This document shows, piece by piece, positions 58,136 through 64,000 of a DNA stretch of 64,000 nt. Source of the DNA: a phage. The position numbers and the translations under genes were made by a program. The notes under the pieces are model-generated. The model did no database searches and was not told where the DNA came from. It saw nothing but the letters and a program-made list of their open reading frames with translations. Position 1 is the first letter of the stretch. Every line of letters begins with the position of its first letter. The stretch lies in sequence record PZ452591.1, one strand, 5' to 3'.

Positions 58136-58593
58136 TCAGCCTTATATTCAATAACAGGACATACTTTAGCTTTACGAGCTTTTAAAAATTCAACGATAAC
58201 CGATTTCTTGGGTTGAATAGGAGGTAAACCTTTATACGCCCTATCAATATTTTCTACGTGTAAAGCATAATCCTTTTTCCATTTATAATCTTTATATTTT
58301 TCACGCAAATATGCAGGAATAACAAATGAACCGATAATAAGTAAAACAACCAAAAGCGCAAGTATAAATGCCGATGGAAGAAGAGTCCATAAACTACCGA
58401 AAATAAGCCAACGTTGTAGGCTTTCTGCACAAATAATTGTTAGCCCTACGAGTATAGCACATCCAAAAATAGAAACGAAAAATGTAGGAATGGCAATAGA
58501 CCAAAAATATGCGCATAATGTCTTGGGTCGTTGCCATTCATCGTTAAACAATTTGAATAATTTATAGTGCCAAGAGTTTTCATTAATAATCAT
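58132..58593 (-). CDS. membrane protein (153 aa)
   Basis: Three hydrophobic segments. Confidence 0.55.
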   Translation of the reverse strand: MIINENSWHYKLFKLFNDEWQRPKTLCAYFWSIAIPTFFVSIFGCAILVGLTIICAESLQRWLIFGSLWTLLPSAFILALLVVLLIIGSFVIPAYLREKYKDYKWKKDYALHVENIDRAYKGLPPIQPKKSVIVEFLKARKAKVCPVIEYKAE

Positions 58594-58595
58594 AA

Positions 58596-59117
58596 TTATC
58601 CTTTCATTGAAGGCGTAACGGTTGTTAAATACTTAATCATAGCTTCAGCTTCTGATTTTGACAATGAAATTTCTCCATTGTTTTGACGAATAGAAATAAA
58701 ATCCGGATGACGGTCACCACCAGCTTTTAAAACATACATATAAGTATCAACTTCGCCTTCAATATTTGAAATGATTGAAGCAGTTCCACATGAATGCGGT
58801 TTTTGATAAATCAATACAGCTTTTCTTCCACCGTTTGACTGTTCATAGGCTTTTAATACATCAAACAAATCAGTTCTTTTATCAATAGCTAAAATGTTAT
58901 TTTCATCTTCAATGTTAAATCCTTCGGATACTTCATAAAGTGTCACCCATAAATCGCCAATATCAATAACAGCATTTACGTTTCCACGGCTTTCAAGAGC
59001 ATGACAAATTTTCTTGATTTCGTCATAACTCATTTTAATAATATCATCTCCTTGAATAAGAAAGATGTCATTTTTAAATTCAACACGAATTAAACCACTT
59101 CCACTTGAAATAAACAT
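58596..59117 (-). CDS. hypothetical protein (173 aa), paralog of next gene
   Basis: GAGGAAAT SD; C-terminal similarity to 59124-59657. Confidence 0.5.
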   Translation of the reverse strand: MFISSGSGLIRVEFKNDIFLIQGDDIIKMSYDEIKKICHALESRGNVNAVIDIGDLWVTLYEVSEGFNIEDENNILAIDKRTDLFDVLKAYEQSNGGRKAVLIYQKPHSCGTASIISNIEGEVDTYMYVLKAGGDRHPDFISIRQNNGEISLSKSEAEAMIKYLTTVTPSMKG

Positions 59118-59123
59118 ATTTCC

Positions 59124-59657
59124 TCACTTTGAAATCATAGTTGGAATAACAGAATCAAGATAAGTCTTTAGCGCAATAGCTTCGTCTTTGGTAAATGTAA
59201 TGATATGTGATCGAAAATCGTCAATTTGGCGAATAGTTAAGACATCTCCCTCTTCATAACATTTTGATACATTTAAAAGAGTTTCATCATTCTGATTGCA
59301 AGCGTTAGTAATAATAGCATTGCAATTTTTGAGCCATTTTAAACTATGTTTTCTTTCATTAGAATAATAAAAATATTTAATCTTAGCTATAAAACTATCC
59401 CAATGGATAACTGATAAACACATTGACTCACTTTTAATATTAAATCCTGGGCATGAAGAATAAAAATGAATTTTGTGCTCATCATTGATGCTTACTATTT
59501 TATCAGTATAAGGATATTCAATTTGGGTTAAATGAATGATTTCACTAGGCGTAAAATATAGCATATCGTCTTCTTGCGTCAAACGATACATGTTATTTAC
59601 TTTTTCTATAGTCAATTCACCAAAAAGCGGACTAACTTCTAATACTAATCGTTTCAT
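59124..59657 (-). CDS. hypothetical protein (177 aa)
   Basis: ATG at 59657; track start is GTG. Confidence 0.5.
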   Translation of the reverse strand: MKRLVLEVSPLFGELTIEKVNNMYRLTQEDDMLYFTPSEIIHLTQIEYPYTDKIVSINDEHKIHFYSSCPGFNIKSESMCLSVIHWDSFIAKIKYFYYSNERKHSLKWLKNCNAIITNACNQNDETLLNVSKCYEEGDVLTIRQIDDFRSHIITFTKDEAIALKTYLDSVIPTMISK

Positions 59658-59683
59658 ATTGATTCTCTTCGACTCACTCACAA

Positions 59684-59788
59684 TTACATACTCCTTTGAA
59701 TAATATCAATAATGTTGTTCACCAGATTATAAGTAAACATTGGGTAATTATATTGAATCATCACATACACAACAAACAAAACTTTCAT
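59684..59788 (-). CDS. small hydrophobic protein (34 aa)
   Basis: AAGGAGAAGA SD then ATG at 59788; directly downstream of promoter. Confidence 0.35.
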   Translation of the reverse strand: MKVLFVVYVMIQYNYPMFTYNLVNNIIDIIQRSM

Positions 59789-59809
59789 TCTCTTCTCCTT
59801 GGCAGTTGA

Positions 59810-59860
59810 CAAGATTACTATACCATAACCTTGCCAACTTGTAAACCATTAAATGACGTT
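59810..59860 (-). promoter_or_regulatory. early promoter (-35 GTTTAC 59841-59846, -10 TATAGT)
   Basis: Read directly. Confidence 0.45.
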
Positions 59861-59995
59861 TTCAATAAAATTCTGAAGCTTTGTGTGAGCATCAACCATG
59901 ATTTTCATTTCTTCCTCTGCGAAAGCTGTACCTCTTTCCCGAGCAGAATACTCATAGTCAGAAACTGCATTAGCATATTCTTCAATTAGCTTCAT
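59849..59995 (-). CDS. possible small protein (48 aa)
   Basis: Weak SD at first ATG; internal ATG has GAGGAAGAA SD. Confidence 0.3.
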   Translation of the reverse strand: MKLIEEYANAVSDYEYSARERGTAFAEEEMKIMVDAHTKLQNFIENVI

Positions 59996-60011
59996 TAAAA
60001 ACATCTGCTTT

Positions 60012-60206
60012 TCAGTTTTCATTATTCCACCTAATCATTTCAAGATATTGAACTAACTTAGCTTTAGATTTATCCAAATCCTTTTTAGCTGCTTCTATAC
60101 CGTCGTATGAATATCCTTCACAATGCTCAACTGCTAATTGATATGAATCTATTTCAATATCACGTGCTAATTTAATGATTTTTTCAAACTGTTCGCGTGT
60201 TAGCAT
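60012..60206 (-). CDS. hypothetical protein (64 aa)
   Basis: ORF. Confidence 0.5.
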   Translation of the reverse strand: MLTREQFEKIIKLARDIEIDSYQLAVEHCEGYSYDGIEAAKKDLDKSKAKLVQYLEMIRWNNEN

Positions 60207-60208
60207 AA

Positions 60209-60412
60209 TTAAACTCTCGTATTATGATCGATAATTTCATCAAGAAACATATCTAACGCTTCTAAAGCATTATCAACTTTAGCTTCAAGTTCATCAATGC
60301 CTTTATTTGCAATGCCTGACGAAAACCAAGCAAAGTCACTAAGTTCCTCGTCTGCTTTACGAATTAAAGCTACCAATTCTTTAATCTTATCCGCTTGTTC
60401 GATACTAATCAT
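60209..60412 (-). CDS. hypothetical protein (67 aa)
   Basis: ATG at 60412 (TAATG overlap with next gene); track start is GTG. Confidence 0.45.
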   Translation of the reverse strand: MISIEQADKIKELVALIRKADEELSDFAWFSSGIANKGIDELEAKVDNALEALDMFLDEIIDHNTRV

Positions 60413-60600
60413 TATTCCACCACATATGAAAGAGAGAATATTGCACACGCCATGTGAGTTGCAACTTCATCACACATATTATAACGTTTCTTAAGAAGTT
60501 CTACAAGTTCTTCACTAGTAACTTCATCCATGTCGACGAAAAAATCACCATTAATGATGACGTAGATATTTCCTTCTTGATTAAGTGCTTCAATTTTCAT
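60412..60600 (-). CDS. hypothetical protein (62 aa)
   Basis: GAGGAGAACATC SD then ATG at 60600; track extension reads through promoter. Confidence 0.5.
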
Positions 60601-60609
60601 GATGTTCTC

Positions 60610-60660
60610 CTCTTTATCCGATAGTTGTATAGTACCACAGCTCAAACGGAAAGTAAACCG
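60610..60660 (-). promoter_or_regulatory. early promoter cassette (-35 GTTTAC 60653-60658)
   Basis: Conserved core GATAGTTGTATAGTACCAC. Confidence 0.45.
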
Positions 60661-60665
60661 GTAAA

Positions 60666-60690
60666 ATGAAAAAAGTCTCCCGAAGGAGAC
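60666..60690 (-). terminator. CUUCGG-type hairpin terminator
   Basis: GTCTCC-CGAA-GGAGAC then U6 on minus RNA. Confidence 0.55.
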
Positions 60691-60695
60691 TAATG

Positions 60696-61082
60696 TTATT
60701 CGAGGGAAAGAAGATATTTACTCTGGTAAAACATTCCAGTAATATCATCTATCGTGCTTTGGATGGCTGGAGGCATTTCTTTATAAATGCTGTTAGATTG
60801 GTCTAGTATGCGATCAATCATTTTAATTGTGTCGGTAGGAAGTTTACTGGCATCTGGAATTGAAGGTGTGTATTTTCTACCAGAATACCCCAAATATTGC
60901 TCACCAAATTTATCAATCAAATCTGGCAACTCGGAGAAAATAAAATCGTATGCTTTGTGTCTAGCATAATTTTTAGTTTCAAAATGTGCAGAATGAAAAT
61001 AAGCTTGTGCAGCCATTAATAAACCTAAGTATTCATCTGCCTTTGAAGGTTTTCCACTTTGTGAAAAGTCGCTGAATTTCAT
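60696..61082 (-). CDS. hypothetical protein (128 aa) adjacent to rI
   Basis: ORF. Confidence 0.5.
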
Positions 61083-61372
61083 TCAGTCTCCAATTTAATG
61101 TTCATAATTCTAGCGTATGATTGTGCCATCTCCGCGCCTCGTTCTATACATTCAAAATCAGAAGAGCACGGGTCATTTTTATAGGTCGTTCTCATAAAAC
61201 TATAGAATTGTTCAGACGATTCTACGCTTTTATTTTCAAAAAGCATATAAACGTGCCTAATACCAGATTCCATAAATTTATCAAAATGAGGATCGACATT
61301 CGCTTCAATCGATGGAGATAAAACAAATGACAATCCTAGCATGGCAAATAGTGCCGTTGCTTTTAAGGCCAT
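61079..61372 (-). CDS. rI: RI lysis-inhibition antiholin (97 aa)
   Basis: Protein recognised as T4 RI; signal-anchor N-terminus. Confidence 0.85.
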   Translation of the reverse strand: MALKATALFAMLGLSFVLSPSIEANVDPHFDKFMESGIRHVYMLFENKSVESSEQFYSFMRTTYKNDPCSSDFECIERGAEMAQSYARIMNIKLETE

Positions 61373-61384
61373 AAAGGCCTCCTA

Positions 61385-61597
61385 TCATTTTTGTCCTGTA
61401 TTTACTTTATGCCGATGCACGGCCTTAACTTTATCAAGGTATTTTTCAAAATTTCGCAATCTAGTATAGTCTGCCGGAGATTGGTTGAGTGATACTTCTC
61501 GACGCAAAGCTGAAATGATATTTCCAACTTCCCTACGAATTTCATCTAATTGAAGAACAGTAAGATTGCGAAGTTGCTTTTCAGTTAATTGTAGCAT
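61385..61597 (-). CDS. hypothetical protein (70 aa)
   Basis: ORF between tk and rI. Confidence 0.5.
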
Positions 61598-61639
61598 ATA
61601 TACCCCTTTAGTTAGATAAACCTATTTATAACTTTTGCA

Positions 61640-62221
61640 CTAACCGAGCTTTTTAGTTAATTCATTCCAATGTTTTCTACACAAGGAAACATAAATTTCA
61701 TCACCAATACAGATTTGATTACCTTCTTTAACTGGTGTTCCATCTTCCATTAATCGAGCTGTCATAATCGCTTTTTTGCCGCAATGACAAACTGCCTTTA
61801 GTTCAATAAGTTTATCTGCAATCGCTAAAAGTTCTTTAGAACCTTCAAACAATTTTCCAGCGAAATCAGTCCTTAATCCATAAGCCATAACAGGAACATT
61901 ATATGTATCAACAATTCGGCTCAATTGATGCACCTGTTCAGTTTTTAAAAACTGGGCTTCATCTACAAATACGCAATGAATATCTTTTTGTGCTTCAGCC
62001 CATTTATAGAACTCGAAAATATCCATATCATCTGTAATAATATTTGCTTCCTGCCTAATTCCAATGCGAGAAACGACTTCACAGACAGAATCGCGAGTAT
62101 CAATAGCAGGCTTAAGAACTAATACACTCATTCCACGTTCTTTATAATTGTGCGCAGCAGTCAAAAGAGAAGCAGATTTTCCAGCATTCATTGCTGCATA
62201 AGTAAAAATTAAACTCGCCAT
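61640..62221 (-). CDS. tk: thymidine kinase (193 aa)
   Basis: P-loop NAGKSAS; C-terminal zinc-binding CHCGKKA...C..C; matches T4 Tk. Confidence 0.9.
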   Translation of the reverse strand: MASLIFTYAAMNAGKSASLLTAAHNYKERGMSVLVLKPAIDTRDSVCEVVSRIGIRQEANIITDDMDIFEFYKWAEAQKDIHCVFVDEAQFLKTEQVHQLSRIVDTYNVPVMAYGLRTDFAGKLFEGSKELLAIADKLIELKAVCHCGKKAIMTARLMEDGTPVKEGNQICIGDEIYVSLCRKHWNELTKKLG

Positions 62222-62222
62222 C

Positions 62223-62411
62223 TTAGTCCTTAGTTAAATTTTCTAAATATGTTTCTAAATCATTTTCAGCTTTATCGATAGATTTTACTAATTCGTAATA
62301 TGTTTCGGCATCTCCATAATCAGAAGATAATTCAAAAGACAAATCCTTTTCTAAACTAATAATTTCACCAACTAAAAATAATATTTCGTTCTTTTGTTCG
62401 CGAGTAATCAT
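62223..62411 (-). CDS. hypothetical acidic protein (62 aa), paralog of next gene
   Basis: ATGA overlap; similar to 62408-62593. Confidence 0.5.
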   Translation of the reverse strand: MITREQKNEILFLVGEIISLEKDLSFELSSDYGDAETYYELVKSIDKAENDLETYLENLTKD

Positions 62412-62593
62412 AAGGAATTTATATAATCAATGAGTTCTTGTTCTTTATTATCGAATTCTTTAGAAAGTTCTTCGTACTCGTTTGCACTAAAAGGACCGCA
62501 TTCATTACAAACTTTTTCCAATTCACTATTTTTATCCATAACTTCGTGGATAAGAGAAAAGAGTTTATCTTTTTGTTCTTTGCTTAAACTCAT
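62408..62593 (-). CDS. hypothetical acidic protein (61 aa)
   Basis: ORF. Confidence 0.5.
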   Translation of the reverse strand: MSLSKEQKDKLFSLIHEVMDKNSELEKVCNECGPFSANEYEELSKEFDNKEQELIDYINSL

Positions 62594-62763
62594 ATATTAA
62601 TTTCCAAAAGTTTTAAAATAATTCGCTTTTGCTTAAATATTTCCACAGTTAAATGATCAGTATCTTTTTGACCAATTCCAATGGCAAAACCTTTATTAAC
62701 AGCGAGTTCAATTAAATTATCAAGTTCACGTAACACTTCATATTGTAACTCAGAACTATTCAT
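62590..62763 (-). CDS. small protein (57 aa)
   Basis: ATGA overlaps at both ends; hand-translated MNSSELQYEVLRELDNLIELAVNKGFAIGIGQKD... Confidence 0.4.
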   Translation of the reverse strand: MNSSELQYEVLRELDNLIELAVNKGFAIGIGQKDTDHLTVEIFKQKRIILKLLEINI

Positions 62764-62972
62764 TTTGGTTTACCTTCTTTAACGAAATCTGGATAAGGAT
62801 AAAATCCCGAATAAAATCCTTCACCTTTATGATTGATGCATCCTTTATTCGAACAATAGCACCAATAATCGAAATCACAAGCCATTTCATCGTTGCATAA
62901 AGCAAAAACAACCGGCCATTTACACTTTTCACAGTGGGCATTTTTAAGAATACTAGTTTGGCTCATAACCAT
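62760..62972 (-). CDS. Cys-rich putative zinc-binding protein (70 aa)
   Basis: HCEKCKW...C..C...CYC..GC; ATGA overlaps. Confidence 0.5.
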   Translation of the reverse strand: MVMSQTSILKNAHCEKCKWPVVFALCNDEMACDFDYWCYCSNKGCINHKGEGFYSGFYPYPDFVKEGKPK

Positions 62973-63175
62973 GTCACCTTTAAGCAGTATTCTTCTACAT
63001 GCTGTTTACGACCTTTCTTATCAATAAAGGTATATTCAACGAATGTTCCAATGTAGTCTTTATCTACATCATGTGGACTATTAATTGGACATTTAGTACG
63101 GCAAATGCGTTCCCATTGACGAATAATTACTGCCTTATTCTTTGGGTCATACGGATGTGGATAATGTATATTCAT
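62963..63175 (-). CDS. hypothetical protein (70 aa)
   Basis: ATG at 63175 overlapping upstream TGA; track start is TTG. Confidence 0.45.
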   Translation of the reverse strand: MNIHYPHPYDPKNKAVIIRQWERICRTKCPINSPHDVDKDYIGTFVEYTFIDKKGRKQHVEEYCLKVTWL

Positions 63176-63639
63176 AATAATGGTTCCCAATCAACAATCA
63201 CAATTTCTAATTTAGAGGAATATGTATCTAAAATCCCCTCAATAATATCCCAGTTCCCTTTACCTATGCCTGCACCAATCCTAGGCATATAGATTGTAGG
63301 TTTAATTAGTTTATTTTCACCAAACTCATTTAATTCTAACATACAATTCATTAAAGCGGAATACTCAAAATTTGGCCCTGGTTGAAATTGAGTATAAAGA
63401 TTAAAGCAGTAAGCTTTATGAGTCCTAAAGTATTTTTCATAGACTGAATAAGAACCAAGTTTAGTTACATCACCCCATTCAGTCTGTAATTTATCAGCTT
63501 CCAAAATTTTAGGGAAAGCTTTAGTTAATTGACCTGCGACTCCAGCTTTCATCGTGTGAAAACAATTACATCCATGCGCAATATTTTTACCTTCAGCGAA
63601 AAGGGCGACAATATCGCCCTTGATATATTTTACAATCAT
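63172..63639 (-). CDS. macro-domain-like protein (possible ADP-ribose binding or processing), 155 aa
   Basis: Three macro-like motifs: GDIVALFAEGKNIAHGCNC, MKAGVAGQL, PRIGAGIGKGNW; assignment by eye only. Confidence 0.45.
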   Translation of the reverse strand: MIVKYIKGDIVALFAEGKNIAHGCNCFHTMKAGVAGQLTKAFPKILEADKLQTEWGDVTKLGSYSVYEKYFRTHKAYCFNLYTQFQPGPNFEYSALMNCMLELNEFGENKLIKPTIYMPRIGAGIGKGNWDIIEGILDTYSSKLEIVIVDWEPLL

Positions 63640-63983
63640 CTAGTACTCAATCCTCGATTATAAGAATCTACCAAACGGTCAACCATTGAATGACAAGCGG
63701 CTTTATCTTTCTCCTCCGCAACTGAACATTCTAAGGTATTCCACTTTTTAGCATATCGTTTTAATAATGTATCGTTTTTGTATCTACTTGATTTATCTCT
63801 TTCTCCGTCTTTATATGCATATATTAATTTCTGTGCAAATTCAGCTTGACATGCTTTATTTTTCCCACAATAATCTGCCGCAGTGCGGTTTACATATTCT
63901 CTAATTTCAGTATATGATGTATCTGCTGACGCAGAAGCAGAAAATGAAATTAATCCTATACATAAAACCAAAATTTTAGTCAT
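63636..63983 (-). CDS. secreted/periplasmic protein with signal peptide (115 aa)
   Basis: MTKILVLCIGLISFSASASA signal; four Cys. Confidence 0.5.
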   Translation of the reverse strand: MTKILVLCIGLISFSASASADTSYTEIREYVNRTAADYCGKNKACQAEFAQKLIYAYKDGERDKSSRYKNDTLLKRYAKKWNTLECSVAEEKDKAACHSMVDRLVDSYNRGLSTR

Positions 63984-64000
63984 TTACTATTTCCAAAAGT

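Noticed and set aside
1-64000. tRNA, rRNA and other structured RNA genes
   Set aside because: No cloverleaf-like or rRNA-like segments were seen. Intergenic space is almost entirely promoters and hairpins, and the T4 tRNA cluster maps outside this region.

Overview
The window is a ~64 kb stretch of the early/middle gene region of a T-even (T4-like, Tevenvirinae) phage. It is colinear with T4 from motA/52/ndd/denB/rIIB/rIIA through the topoisomerase large subunit, dexA, dda, modA/modB, soc, 56, 61, dmd, 41, uvsX, 42, imm, 43, regA, 62/44, 45, rpbA, 46/47, a-gt, 55, nrdG/nrdD, 49, pin and nrdC to rI and tk. All but one gene is on the minus strand, tightly packed with ATGA/TAATG stop-start overlaps. 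All identifications rest on recognising protein sequences and motifs by eye; no database search was run, and T4 gene order is quoted from memory. Many ORF-track starts are TTG/GTG codons that read into promoters, so starts were re-set to the first SD-supported ATG where that could be checked. Intergenic regions carry repeated early-promoter cassettes, some flanked by inverted repeats, and CUUCGG-type hairpins. Differences from T4 as I recall it: a fused 39/60 topoisomerase gene with no bypass, an intron-less nrdD, no homing-endonuclease ORFs, a DxD glycosyltransferase where T4 has beta-gt, and only a small convergent plus-strand membrane ORF where T4 has 69/dam. No rRNA, tRNA or CRISPR was found. 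The best candidates for undescribed biology are in the nrdC-to-tk region (four tandem coiled-coil paralogs and an ATPase/nucleotidyltransferase/membrane-protein module) and the plus-strand ORF at the 56/61 junction; none is demonstrated.
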